Shown: positions 1-12,800 of the stretch, piece after piece | How positions within the stretch are numbered: position 1 is the stretch's first letter | Layout of the letters: each line of letters begins with the position of its first letter | Notes under the pieces: model-generated | The model's input: only the letters and a program-made list of their open reading frames with translations | The model's database searches: none | What the model was told of the DNA's origin: nothing | Translations under genes and position numbers: made by a program | Source of the DNA: Prorocentrum cordatum | Taxonomy: Eukaryota | Reading direction: 5' to 3' | Assembly (NCBI GenBank): GCA_963575745.1 | Contig: CAUYUJ010000203.1 | Coordinates: 310,001 to 374,000 of the forward strand | Length of the DNA stretch: 64,000 bases

Positions 1-216
1 GGTCCTCCCACTCGTTGGACAGGGACATGTATAGCGAGGCGTCCTCTTCGTTAGTTATGTCCTTGGACTTCCGCTCCACGCTGACGTGTTTCACGGGCAC
101 GTAGTCCTCCCAGTCGTGGGACAGAAACGCGTAGGACGAAGCGTACTTTTCGTTATTGATGTCCTCGGACTTGCGCGCCACGCTGAAGCCCCTGGCCTGC
201 ACTTGCACATCCACGC
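1..216 (-). pseudogene. HSP90: Tandemly repeated HSP90 middle-domain fragment (34-aa/102-bp unit), continuing off the window edge
   Basis: Minus-strand translation FSVA-RKSEDINNEKYASSYAFLSHDWEDYVPVKHVSVE-RKSKDITNEEDASLYMSLSNEWED matches the HSP90 segment [37 protein letters not shown] twice. An out-of-frame AWMCKC (~LWMRKS) lies just upstream. Confidence 0.85.
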
Positions 217-401
217 TGCGCGGCGACGCGCCGTGCGGCGCACGCGCGGGCACGCCGAGTCGGCGGCGCGTCTGCCCACCGCACCATGCCGCGAGGAGCC
301 ATTGCATGAGACACCACGCTCTCTGCCTGTTCGCAAGCCGAGAGAAGGAGAGAAGTGGAGGCCGCTGTGTCGGCGATGTCCTGAGCAGATGGCGGCCTTA
401 T

Positions 402-407
402 ATGATA

Positions 408-441
<34 letters not shown>

Positions 442-460
442 GAATGATGATGATGACGCT

Positions 461-521
<61 letters not shown>

Positions 522-891
522 GTCGTCCTCCGCATGAATGGGATAACCATCGCCGTGGTCACTACCCACATGCTCACCATCACCACCGCCATCACCATCG
601 ACATGACCAACATTAGAATCGTCAACGTAGGCGTCATAATATCCGTCGTCGTCGTTAGCAACATCATCATCATCATCACCATCAACATCATCATCATCAT
701 CACCATCAACTTCACCATCGCCATAACCATCATGGTCGGCAACAGCACACTCAGCATCAACATCATCATCAATGTCACCATCATCACAATCATCAACATC
801 ATCATCACCACAACCGTCATCATCGTCACCAGCAGCATCAGTGCCATCAGCACAAACATGATCATCATCAACATCATCATCATCATCACCC

Positions 892-924
<33 letters not shown>

Positions 925-990
925 CCCTCAACATCATCATCACCATCACCATCAACATCACCATCGTCATCATCATCAGCATCAACATCG
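402..990. repeat. (GAT)n followed by degenerate (CAT)n trinucleotide microsatellite
   Basis: Directly visible. It explains the poly-H/D/I/M ORFs. Confidence 0.97.
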
Positions 991-2276
991 TCGGAACATT
1001 GTTGGCACCTCTGCCGCAGCTGGCAAGCCACACCCGCTCCAATGCTTCAAAAGGAGTGTGTAACATATGCCAGCCAGCGCAGACCCCAAGCAGTTCGTTA
1101 CTACTCTGCGCGGGTAAGAAAGACATGCGAAGCAAGCCATGTAGTGGTAATTGCGTGCTGTGCAAACTATGCTGCCAGGCCAGGGTACGAGGCGCCCACG
1201 AGCGCGCAAGAGGCGACCACGGGGCGGCCACGAGGCGACACCTCGGCGGACCCACCTGGGTCACGGGGCGCCCATCAGGCGTACCCAGAAGCACAAAGCG
1301 AAAACCCCTAGGTGCAAGACCTGTGTGGGGAGGAGTGTACTTTCCACGCCACTGTGCGGGGTCCCCTGCGCTCTGGACCACTTCCAAAGGACCAAAGTTT
1401 GGTCCCGGTCCCAGGGCCAAGCGAGGGCCTCCAGACCCTGAAAACTACGAAAACCTCCATCTGGGAATTTTCAGTAGTGAGGCGTCTGGGGTGGGGATCG
1501 CTCGAACTAAAGCAATTCATCGAGACTGTACTTTCAAGGCCTTTTCTGATCGAGCTGACCCGCCCCGCCGGAATCCGTCGGCCACTGGTCCCCGGAGTCG
1601 CCCAAGTACGAGGCGGCGCGCTCGGCGGCCGCCAGCGCCTATGGCGTTGCCGTCGAGGCAGGGATGCGAAGGCGAGGGAAGGGTGAAATCCCAGACTTCC
1701 GACGATCGGGTTTCTCAATCCGGGCGTTTTCCTCGACGTCGGCCTCTGCCATCGCCTGGCTGGGGCCCATTGCCCAGCCCAGGGGCCGTCAAGCATGGAT
1801 CTGGACGAAGAACTACCCCCCGGGGAAGCGGTCGGGACCTCTGGGGCCGCGGATTGAAAAAAACAACACCAGCGCGTGTGAGGGGGTTCGGACGCCGCCA
1901 AGGATCATTAAGGAATTTGGACTCCGCCAAGGATCATCAGGCAGAAGGGAGGGAGAGAGGAGGGAGGGAGGGCACAGGCCGGGGATGGAGAAAGGATATG
2001 GGGGGCAGGCAGGGGGGTGCTGGGAGGGAGAGGGGGGCAAGAATGGGAGGTCGAGGAGGGAGGGGTGGTGACAGGAAGGGCGGGGTCCTGGGGAGAGGCG
2101 GCGAGGGAGCCGGAGGAAAGAGGGAGGGGGGAGGCAGGAGCCACGGGGGAAAATGCAGGGCGCAGGAGGGAGCCTGGAAACGGGAAACGGAGGAGAACGA
2201 CCGAATGGCCTGCCGCCCGGCCACGGAGGCCAGGATCCTGAGAGGCCGCGGGTGCCCAGGCGTGCAGGGCACGCAG

Positions 2277-2436
2277 GGCAACGGCGGAGCAGCAGGCGCG
2301 GCGCATCGTGCGCGCGGCGCGCTGGAACAGCGCGGCGGAGCGTGGGGCACGCTTCGTGTCAGGCTGCACGCTGGTTCCGAACACTTCTGTTCGTCTGAGC
2401 ACGGGCGCCCCCAAAGGCGGCTTTCCTATCACTGAG
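2277..2436 (+). CDS. Candidate internal exon, unknown protein
   Basis: CAG|G acceptor and GAG|GC donor around an open frame ATAEQQARRIVRAARWNSAAERGARFVSGCTLVPNTSVRLSTGAPKGGFPITE with G/C-ending codons. Confidence 0.35.
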
Positions 2437-4252
2437 GCACCCGCTGCAGCGTGATGCCTCTGAAGTGTGTGTGCGTGCATGCGCTTAAGAATTCGCCCTC
2501 TCGTGTGCAGAGAGTATCCAATCGCGTAACCCTCGCTCCTGTGTGTTCTCGCTTGGAATATCGCACAGGCGAAATCGCAACAATTTCGAAATACCTTTGA
2601 TAGCGCTGGTGCTGGCGCAATATTTAGCAAAGCACATGAGTGCACGTATCAAGCCCTGTACCTCAGTCTCTATCCCTCTCTCCCTTCCCTTCCTCACCTC
2701 GCGTTCATCCACTCCCTCGCCTCAATATTCAACACTCCCTTTCATCCCATCTTCCTGTCCCGTCCCCTCCCTTCTGCACCCATTTGCCTCTGCGGTCCCT
2801 TCCCCTCCTCCCCCTCTCCCCCATTTCACTCTCTCCCCCTCCCCCCCTCTCTTACGCCAGATTGCTGACACCGCGTGAACCATCGAATATCGAGCGATCT
2901 CCGATCATGGAGGTCCCCAGAAGCCGTTGACCACTGTCGTACAGATCTCGCGCAACGTGTGGATTTCTGCGGGCCCTGTGGCACGAGACGAGCCCACGAA
3001 GCACCGTCAACATTGATCGCCCGCGCCGGCATCGCTTAGATGCTCGCTCTGGAAACCTTCCTGGAGCCACTCTCCACCCATGCGCCGATGCTGCGTCGAA
3101 CGCCTGTCGACTCGAGTGCAGCCTGAGTCGAGCTAGAATCGTGCTTGAAACGGAATGGACTCGAACAGATCCGCAGGCGCGCGGGGCACGAAGGTCCTCA
3201 AAAAGACCGTCCGTCGGAGCAGGGCGAGTTGAGAACAAGGGCAGCTCAGAGCCCGTCCCCGGCCTCTCCCTGGGTTCACACGCACAAATTGTCCGAGCTG
3301 CGTCCGGCCGTGGCGACGCGGGGGCGCACCGAAGTAGGTTCAACGAGCCCTGTATACCGACGCATGTTCTCGGGCCCCGCACTGAAACTTGCACAGGAGA
3401 GCGGATCCTGGTGTATACGGGATCTTGGTGTGTACACGTTTCGTTGTTTCCCCGGGGAAGCGGAGGAAACAGTATACATCACACCACCCCGACGTCGCCC
3501 TCGACCCTCAAAAAGTCCTGGGATTGACAAGCAGCCCGCCACTGATAATGCATAGTCTCCGGTGTCCGATGTTCTGGGGAACCAACAACTCCACGAACCT
3601 CTCCTGGGGTGGGTTCCGCCCAAGATTTCGAACCAAATCCAGCCGTGGCGTCGAAGGAAGGGTAGCCGCATCGGCACCTCCTCTGCAACTGCAGCAGGTT
3701 CGTGCCGTGACGACCCAGGCGTCGCTTCCCTACACCGCGGAGATCGTTCAACCTTGAACGGTCACGCGTTTGTAGAACGCCAGACCGCTCCAGATTTGGC
3801 GATTCTGGGCCCCTGGCGGCGCAGAGCCTTGAACGCTCGTGGCGGGGTCGCCGCCGCGTCGATACGACAAGAACCTGCCGTAGTGTTCTTCGGAGCAGGG
3901 AGAGTTGAGACAACGGCAACTCAAAGTGCGTCCCTGGACCCTTCCCGAGGCGGCCCAACCGCACCAATTCTCCGAGCTGCGTTCAGCCGTGGTGACGAGG
4001 GGGCCAGCCGAAGGCCAGCCCAACAATAAAGATACTCGTACTGATGCAGTCGAGTTCGATTGGAGAGGACACGCCAGACGAAACAATACCCTTTCTTAGG
4101 CCACGTTGCCATATGAATGCAGAGGACATGGGTCGTCTTTGAACAGAAGACCGAAGGGCACCAGACTATTTGGAAGTGTCGTCGACTGTATTCCACGGAC
4201 CTGTGGCGACGAGGGCAAGGCCGCAGTATCGCTATCTCCTCTGAAGCTATCG

Positions 4253-4443
4253 TCGGCGGCGAGCCAGGAATGGAGTGAGAAGGAGAAGGCCCTCTCATAA
4301 GGCGGCGGAGTTCCTCAGACGCCATCGGGTCTTCTGACAAATTTTCTGCGTCTTCGGGAAAAAGCTTAGACGATTTCTCTGAAGGCCAGGGGGCTTCCGT
4401 TTTTTCCGAGAAGGCCCGCTCCCTCTCGCTTCTCCCCCAGGCT
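4253..4443. mobile_element. Palindromic MITE-like family A, degenerate copy
   Basis: Starts TCGGCGGCGAGCC..GTGAGAAGG..GGCC(T)TCTCA and has an imperfect inverted arm. Homologous to 19286-19483, 21902-22111 and 52738-52939. Confidence 0.6.
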
Positions 4444-4547
4444 GGAAGCATTGGATAAGGAGGCCCTGGATAAGGAATCCAGGGTCTGAAAGCCAGTGGA
4501 ACTCCAATCGTGGACCGGCCATGGGTGTCCCCGCCGCCCTCGTCAGC

Positions 4548-4755
4548 CTCCTGGGCACACTCCTCAACCAACGCCCCCACCGACTGCCGCTGCCTCAGCT
4601 CGCCCTCCTCCGAGTCGAACGTCAACATCCGCATCCGAGGCCCCCCCTGCAGCCTGCCGCGGCATGCCCCGCCGCCCCCTGCGGGAGAGGCGCGGGGCCT
4701 CGGCCTCCACCGTGGCCGCCGTGCGGCCCGGCGGCTGCTCGAAGGGGGGCCGCAC
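4548..4755 (-). CDS. Two candidate micro-exons (4755-4705 and 4646-~4548), unknown protein
   Basis: CAG|G acceptors and GAG|GC donors flank a 58-nt intron. The phase-0 join reads VRPPFEQPPGRTAATVE/GGPRMRMLTFDSEEGELRQRQSVGALVEECAQE. A (CCT)n pyrimidine tract lies upstream on the minus strand. Confidence 0.45.
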
Positions 4756-5489
4756 CTGCTGGCGGATCGGGGAGGAGGAGGAGGAGGAGGAGGAGGAGGA
4801 GGGGAGGAGGAGGAAGAGGAGGAGGAGGAGGAGGAGGAGAAGGAGGGGGGTGGTGATGGGGGGGTGGCCTACCCCCCTGGGGGGGGGGGGGGGGGGAGGA
4901 CGGGGGTCCCCCGGAACGGCCCTTTGGGGCCCCTCGGGGGCCCCTGCTGGCTCCAGGAGGGGCCCGAAAGGGCCCCTTTCAGGGCCCTTCCCTTCACCCC
5001 CCCCATTGTATGGTCCCCCCCCCCCCTGCCACCCGCCCGAACCTTATGGCGGACGGGCTCCGCGCACCGCGAAGCGCGGTGATCTTCGCGCTTTCGCGCC
5101 GCGCTCCCCCCCCCCCCTCCCCTTTCCCCCTCCCCCTGGATGAGGGACTCGCGCCTGGCTTTGAGACCGCCCAGACCGCGAAGCGCGACCACCTTCGCAC
5201 CCTCGTGGTGGCCCTAGCACGGGCGGGGTTGAACTCTGGGGGGAGGGACACGACAGCAAGAGAGAAGAGAGGGGGGAGAGATAGGAGGGGTGGAATAGGA
5301 GAGGGAAAACGGAGACGGAGAAGAATACGGGGCAAGACGGAGAGAAGAGGCATTCAATGGCAGCAACAATCCGCCGACCCCTTTGGGCCACGGCGTGTGA
5401 GATGCTTCCCCGTGCCCAAACCCCTCCCCGGGGAACCCGGTCCGGCCGGTTTGGAGGAGGAGGGGGGGGAGGAGGGGCAAAACTGTCAT

Positions 5490-6735
5490 CAGGCCCCACG
5501 AGGCCCCAGAGGGCTCCAAGCAGCCCCCACGACGGCCCAAGAGGCCCCCGAGACGCCCAAAGGTCGGCCCAAGACGCCCAGGATGGCCACAAGACGGCCC
5601 CAGAAGCCTCCCGGCCCGAAGAGGCCAAAATCGTTGATTTCCTTAGGGTTTTGACAGATTTGGGAACTTACTTCTTTTCGGCCTTCCGACGGCTCAAGAC
5701 GGCCAAAGAGGCCCCCAAGATCGCCCCAAGATCGCCCACGAGGCCTCCAAGATGGCCCCATGACGGCCCAAGAGGCCCTTAAGGCGGCCCCAAGAGGGCA
5801 CAAACACGGGCCAAGAGGCCTCCAAAACGCCCAAGATGGCCTCTAAGACGGCCCCGAAGCGCCCCAACATTTTTTTTTTTTTTTTCTAAGACGGCCCCGA
5901 AGCGCCCCAACAGGGCCCCAAGTCGGCCCAAAGAGGCCCCCAAGACGGCCACCGAAGGCGTCAGGCGTGCCAGGAGCCCACGAAGACGGCCAAAGATGGC
6001 CCTAATATGGCCCAAGACTGCCCAACAGGCCTCCAAGAGGGCCTCCAGGAATGCCAGAAAAGGCAACATACATTTATTTCTTTTTTTGTATATAAAAAAG
6101 GAGTTGGACAGTTGCTTCTTTTCGGCCTTCCGACGGCCCGAGACGGCCCAAGAGCCCCCAAAGATCGCCCAAAGATCGCCCAAGAGGCCCCAAGATGGCC
6201 CCAGAGCGGCTCAAGAGGCCCCAAAGACGGCCCCAGAGGCCCCAAAGACGGCCCAGGAGGCCTCCAAGACGCCCAAGATGTCTTTTTGGGCCGCCCTGGA
6301 GCATTCCAAGAGGGCCCCAAGTCGATCCAGAGAGGCCCCCCAAACGGCTTCCGACGGCGTCAGACGGGTCAGGAGCCCACCAAGACGGCCGACGATGGCA
6401 CTAAGATGGCCCAAGACGGCCCAAGAGGCCTCCAAGTGGGCCTCGAGGAAGGCCAGAAAAAAAGGCCAAACTCATAGATTCCCCATGAGTTTGTGAAGGA
6501 CTGTGGCATGTGTTTGTTGTCGGACTTCCGACGGCCCGATACGGCCCAAGTGCCCCCAAAGATCGCCCAAGGGGCCCAAGACGGCCCCCCAAACCCCCCA
6601 AAACGGCCCAGGAGGCCTCCCAAACGCTCAAGATGGCCTCCAAGGCGGCCTAAGAGCCCTCCAAGACGTCCCCCCAAAAGGCCCGATAGGGTCATAATGG
6701 TCTCCAGACGGCCAAGATGACCTTCAAGATGCCCA
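5490..6735. repeat. Degenerate 'GGCCCAAGAC/GGCCCCAAGA' ~10-11-bp satellite-like dispersed repeat
   Basis: Dozens of GGCCC(C)AAGA(C/G) units are interrupted by recurring AT-rich TTTTCGGCCTTCCGACGG modules. Confidence 0.9.
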
Positions 6736-6869
6736 CGTGCTCCCCGAAACCATTCCAAACCGACTCGGGGAATACATGGTCCGATAGCTCGCCAGGTCTG
6801 GCTTCAACGTTCGGCCACATAGGCGCTTCCAAACAGGCAGGGGGCGGCAGTGATTCGCCGTAGGCGTCT

Positions 6870-6972
6870 TCGATCTATATCTATATCTATATAAATATAT
6901 ACACACATATATATACACACATACATGCACACATATAGATGGGTATACATATATATATATAGATACATATAG
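6870..6972. repeat. (AT)/(AC)-rich microsatellite
   Basis: Directly visible. Confidence 0.9.
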
Positions 6973-7596
6973 ATCACTGCCGCCGGGCATCTACCTCGAT
7001 CGAAAAGAAAAAGAGGAGAAGGACGAGGAGGAAGAGGAGGAGGACGACGATCAAAAAGAGATTTCGTCGTCGCCGCCGATGTCTCGGATTTTCTTGGTCT
7101 TTCGGCCACCCGAGGCATCTCCTCGAATTCGGCCTCCAGGAACCGTTTTCGGTGCCGGGGACCACCGCTGAAAGTCCAGGGTGAGGATCGGCCTCCCTGG
7201 CCGGTGCCACCCCTTCGCAAAGGAAGGAACACGGGGTTCGAGGCTCTAGGCATGTGACTCCTAGTTCTTGGGCGCTCTCCGCCCCCTCTGAGCCTTCAGG
7301 AAGCTCCTCGTCGACACAGCTGGGTCCACTCTCGAACTTCTGGCCAGATGCAACCCCAGCTGGGTCTCAACGATCCCCGAACCTATCCAGGAGCAGGCAC
7401 CGTGAAGGCCCCAAGAAACTCACATAAGACCACGGAACACTTCAAAACAATACCCTACAAGGCCCCCCTTTGAACCCCACGAGCTACGTAGGACAGGCCG
7501 AAACCCCAACATTGCCCAGCCATCGCGCGCGTTCCGCGAATTCTGCCTTTCACTCTTGCTGCCGCCCCAAGGGGTCGGCGGTGCGGCGTAAGCCGA

Positions 7597-9829
7597 TGAA
7601 TCCACGTCCGGAAGTGACGTGTTGCCGGAGGCAGGTCCGCGGATGCTGTAATGCAACGGATCCAATGTGTCCAATGATTGCATAATTGCTACATATTGTA
7701 TTGCATTACATTATTATGTCTCCCCCCCTAACCCCCCCTGGAGTCGCGCCACAGCGCCGTACCAAACTGGCGGCCCCCCTTTTGGGGCCCCACAGCGTAC
7801 CAAAACGTATGGGAAATCAATGATTTCGGCACATTGGCCCTCTTGGGGGTCTCAACGGGCCCCAAGACGGCTCCAAATGGCCCCAAGACGGCCCAAGACG
7901 GCCCTAAGACGGCCCGAGATGGCCCCAAGAGGGCCCAAAAAGAACCCAAGACGGCCCAAGAGGGCTCCAAGAGCGCCCACAAGAGCGCCTCCAGAGGCCA
8001 AAAACATTGATTTTCCTTACGTTTTTGAAAGATTTTAGCTTTCTCGCCTTTTTCGCCTCTCCGAAGCCCATGACGGCCCGAGCAGCCTCCAAGATGGCCC
8101 CAAGAAGGCCCAAGAAACACCCAAGGGAGCCCCAATACGGCCCCAGAGGGCCACAAGACGGCCCAAAGAGGCCCCCAAGACGGTCCAAGAAACCCCTGAG
8201 ACGGCCCAAGAGGACCCCAAGAGGGCCCCAAGGCGGCCGCGAGAGGCCCCCAAGACGGCCTCCGAAGGGGCGAAACGGCGCGAAAGCGCCCCAAGACGGC
8301 CCAAGACGCCCCCAAAAGGCCCCAAGAGGCCACCGAGAGGCCCCCAAATGGCCCCAAAAAACCCCCCAGAGACCTCCGAAAAGTCCCCAAGAAGCCTCCA
8401 AAAGGCCCCAAAGAAGCCCCCCAAAGGACACATAGCGACTGGAGTGTAATATTATTTCCCCCCCTGGACGAACTGCGGCGCAGCGCCAGCCAGGTGGAAG
8501 TTGGTCACGGCGGCGCCCATGATTAGAGCCAGCGCTGGAAGGGAAGATGGGGAGGGAGTCAAAAAGGGGAAGAGGCCAGAAGAAGTCCCCAAGAGGCCCA
8601 AAGAAGCTCCCAAGAGGCCTCCAGGAGGCCCCCAAGAGGCTCCCAGAAGGCCCCGCGACGTGACTGTACGTGCTCCGGACGTGCACCCCGCGAAGCGAGA
8701 GGAATCCACGTCCGGAGGTGACGTGCTGAGCGGCAGCGTTTTTGGCCGAACGCCTTAACGCAACGTATCCAATGTATCCACAAATTCCACACTTGCAACA
8801 AATTGTATAGTGTTACATTCTTATGTCTCCCCCCCCTAACCCCCCTGGGAACCGCGCCACACCGCCGTACCAAACTGATCGTCCCCTTTCTGGGGCCCTA
8901 AAAACCTACAAAGACCTATGAACAATCAACAAATTCGGCCTCTTGGGCCTCTGGGGACTCCAAGAGGGCCTCAAGATGGCACAAAATGGCCCCAAGACGG
9001 CCCAAGACGGCCCAAGATATTCCCAACGGGGGCCCATGAGGCCCCCAAGACGGCCCCAAGAGGGCCCCGAGAGGGCCCCCAAAGCCCCAAGGACGGCCCA
9101 AGAGGGCCCCAAAAGCGCCCATAACTGCGCCTCCAGAGGCCGAAGTCATTGATTTTCCTATGGTTTTCGCAATATTTTAGCGTTCTCGCCCTTTTCGACT
9201 TTCAAAACTCCATGACGGCCCAAGCAGCTTCCAAAATCACCCCAGAACGCCCCCAAAGAAACCCAAGAGGGCCCCAAGACGGCCCAAGAGGGCCCCAAAA
9301 CGGCCCAAAGAGGCCCCCAAGACGGTCCAAGAGGCCGCGAAGACGGCCCAAGAGGACCCCAAGAGGGCTCCAATGCGGCCGCGAGAGGCCCCAAGACAGC
9401 CTACGAGGGGGCGAAACGGCGCAAAAGCGCCCCAAGACGGCCCAAGACGCCCCCAAGAGGCCCCAAGAGGCCCCCAAGAAGCCTCCCAAAGGTCCCCCAG
9501 AAGCTTCCGAAAGGCCCCCAAAACGTCCCCCAAAGGCCACACAGCGACTGGAGTGTAATGTTATTTTCCCCCCTCTGGGCGAATTGCGGCGCAGCGCCAG
9601 CCAGGTGAAGTTGGTCACTGCGGCGCCCATGACTAGAGCCGGCGCTGGAAGGGAAGATGGGGAGGGTGCATGAAAAGGAAGGAGGGGGGAAAGGCCCCAA
9701 AGAAGCCCCCAAGAGGCCAAAAGAAACTCCCAGGAGGCCTCCAGGAGGCCCCCAAGAGGCTCCCAGAGGCCCCGCGACGACGTGACTGTATGTGCTCCGG
9801 ACGTGCACCCCGCGAAGCGAGAGGAATCA
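7597..9829. repeat. Two diverged head-to-tail copies of a ~1.1-kb composite repeat (7597-8700, 8701-9829)
   Basis: Shared landmarks occur in order: GAATCCACGTCCGGA(A/G)GTGACGTG, TGTCTCCCCCCCTAACCCCCCTGG, the GGCCCAAGAC array, AGCGACTGGAGTGTAAT, and GCTCCGGACGTGCACCCCGCGAAGCGAGAGGAATC. Confidence 0.88.
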
Positions 9830-12800
9830 CAGGATGAGCATGTAGCAACAACAAGATCGCATGCGAGGGGGCGGCAAAGAAACCAAAAGGGGAGGAGGGA
9901 AACGGGCAACAGTGAAGGGGATGAAGAAGGAAGGAGGAGCGACGGCGGCAGAACATTCCATGGTGGCTGAGATCTCCTCGGAGCAACTGGCGACCGCTGA
10001 GTGCACTGAGAGCTACTCACTGGCGATATCAAACTAACGAAACTGGGTCCCCTCCCAAGGGCTAACACCCAGCAGTGGGTACTCCACTGGGTATGTAATG
10101 ACTCCACAGGGAGACACAGGAGGGAGAGGAGGGAGAAGAGGTATTTCAAGAAATGTTTTGAGGTGCCTCCACACCCCCCACCCCAGGGATTCTGAAAGGT
10201 TCGGAAGACGCTGTACCCAGAACTCCATCGACACTTACGGGCTTCAAGAAATCGGCAAATCCGACCCTGCAGCTCGATGGCCATTCGAGGATTGTGCCTG
10301 CTCTCACTCCCCTTCCTCCGATCCTCCTCCATCATATTCTCATGCCAAATTGCGCCCTTGGACCACAGTGCCTGAGCCCCAATCTACAAAAACAGCAGCA
10401 AAGGCTCCCATAATGCCAGTTGAAAGTTCCCTGGTTTTACGATCGGCCGTTGACATTTCCTGAGAACGCTCCACGTAGTACGTATTCCGCACTCTGGCCC
10501 ATGTATTGTTCAAACAAAACACTCTATGCAGCTCCGCAGGGCGCGGCCCTCCATCATATCCCAGGCGTCGCGGGATGGATGGAGTTCGAGTCCCTCTGTG
10601 GAACGATCCGCATAAGGTGTGTGCCGCAATGGGCAGGGGGCGCATGTGAGCTCGAAGGGAGACGGCCGTAGGGGATTTGATCCGCGTGCTGGGTGTACAA
10701 GATTTCGCCTTGGAGACCCTCCTGTTGCGGTCTTAAGTGGAGCTCCCGGTGATGACACGATGCGTGTGAGGGGCTCAGCCGCGGCCGATCTGCAGGAAAG
10801 GTGAGCAAAGACGGGGGCGGCGCCGCAATGCCGGCATCGCCCGCGCACGCCGTAGGCGGAGCGCCCCAGGAAGCACGGAGCGCGTGAGTGGTGCCGAAGT
10901 GGGGGCGCCGGCGCCGCCATGGGGGCGGTGCCCACGGATACTGCAAGTAGAGATGCTCTGGGGGCGCGAAACATGTGAGCGGAAGCGGGGGCGGCGCCGC
11001 CATGCGAGCCTTGCCCACCGAGGGTCCTGGGTGCAGCTCCCTATCAGGAGCCATGGTCCGCGTGAAGGGTGTGCGGAATGGAGAAGTCGCGCCACCATGT
11101 GGGCGGTTCCCAGTGGGACCGTGGAGCTCCCCATGGGGCCACGGTTCTCATGAAGGGTGTGCTGGATTGGGCGAAGCGGCTCCATTTCGTCGTGCTCGCT
11201 GATGCCATAGATGGGCTTCCCTGAAAAAGACCCGCATCCTCACGAGGCCCAGAACTGTTTTGGATCCCAGAAATTCGGTCAGGAGGGGGGGGATGAGACC
11301 AAATCCGACCCAAATCGGTTCCCCGACCCCTGCATGGGTCCATCTGGTGCAATTATTTGTGACCCTGGATCCATTTCTGACGGCCTGGGGTCCGAAAACG
11401 GCCCCCGAGGGCCAAAAAAAACCCCAAAAACCTTCTCAAACCCAGCACCTCGAACCTGCTCCCCCTCCCCCCTTCTTGCACGCCGGAACCAGTGCTGAGC
11501 CACCACAGACCCCCAGACGGCTCCAAGAGCAGGAGGACAGGTCCCCAGACATGATCGCGTCGAAAAAAAACTCAGGACGGGAGGTTTTTGTTTGTTGGTA
11601 TGTTCGGCCCTGGGGGGCCCTCGCTGGGCCTCGGGAGCGTCAAACAAAACGACTCAGGACGAAACACCGGTCCTGGGGAAAGGGTCGGGACTTCCAGGGA
11701 CGCCGTCCTGACACAATCAAGACGTCTCATGTCTGGGTCGGGCACGGGGAGCCGCCGAGAGAGGGCTGGCCGGCAGCGGGGGAGCATCGGGGAGCCTCCA
11801 CGCGCCCGGTCCTGCGGGGCGGCGCCCTGTCTGCTCAACACCAGCTCACTGCATGCTGCATGGCCCTGCTCCGACGACGATGGCGACGCCGCCGCCGACG
11901 GCGACGACGATATCCTCCTCCTCCTCCTCCTCCTCCTCCTCCTCCTCCACCTTCCTCCTCCTCCTCCTCCTCCTCATCCGTCCTCTTCCTCTTTCCTCCC
12001 GCCGTCCTCTTCCTCTGCCCCCCCTCTTCTTCTCGACGTCGCCTTCGAGCCGCCTTTGTCGCCGCCCCTCCAATCGGCCCCGCTGCAGATCGCGCTCCAA
12101 GCACGCAGACATGAGTCGCTCCTCCTGCTCCTCCTCCTGACCATCTTGCTCCTCCTCCTCCTTCTCCTCGCCGCTCCGCTTCCACATTAGCTCGCAAACC
12201 GTATGCCGAGCCAGCTGCAGCCAGCTGGGCGACTCGAGCAAACGTGGGATACGCCAGCTCTCTGACATCGCCAGGAACGTGATGCTCGCTTATGCCATCT
12301 TCCGCCGACCTTCCGCCCGCCGACCTTCCGCCAACTTCCTCTGGCGGCGACGCCGGTGCTTTACTCCCGCGAGCTTCCTAAACCATTCTGCTGGCCTCCG
12401 CCAGAGGCGTGAGGTCAACCTCACGAAGCCTCTGACTCGAGGCCCACTCTCGACCGCCCTGGTTCCTCAGAGATGCTCGCTGCCCCGATCTGGGCCAGCT
12501 GCAAAACATGTCTCGCGAAAACCATGGCTTGGGCACTGGAGCACGTCCAGATTAGAACCTCCTCCGAACCAGTGCCTGAGCTGCTCGCCGAACTGCCCCA
12601 TCACCCGACCCCGCACATGCCTCTGCCATGTCGCTGCCACTCCTCGTCGATGTCTTTCTTATCCCCCTCCGCCTTTACCTTTGCTCCCCCTTTCCCTTCT
12701 CCAGATCCTGGATCTCTCTTCCCCCCTCTCCACACTCTCTTTTCCTGCAACCCTAACTCCCTCGCGTGCCCCCCGTCGCGTGTGCCGTGCTGTTCGTCCG

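Noticed and set aside
156..2435. 759-aa ORF and overlapping poly-H/D/I/M ORFs
   Set aside because: These are products of the (GAT)/(CAT) microsatellite and GC-rich stop-poor DNA, with no domain signal.
5357..9808. Many P/R/K/G-rich ORFs on both strands
   Set aside because: They derive from the GGCCCAAGA satellite and are open in several frames at once.
10160..12600. Possible LINE endonuclease relics (YGLQE at ~10240; minus strand ~12200-12590)
   Set aside because: Catalytic motifs such as GDFN and SDH are not recognisable.
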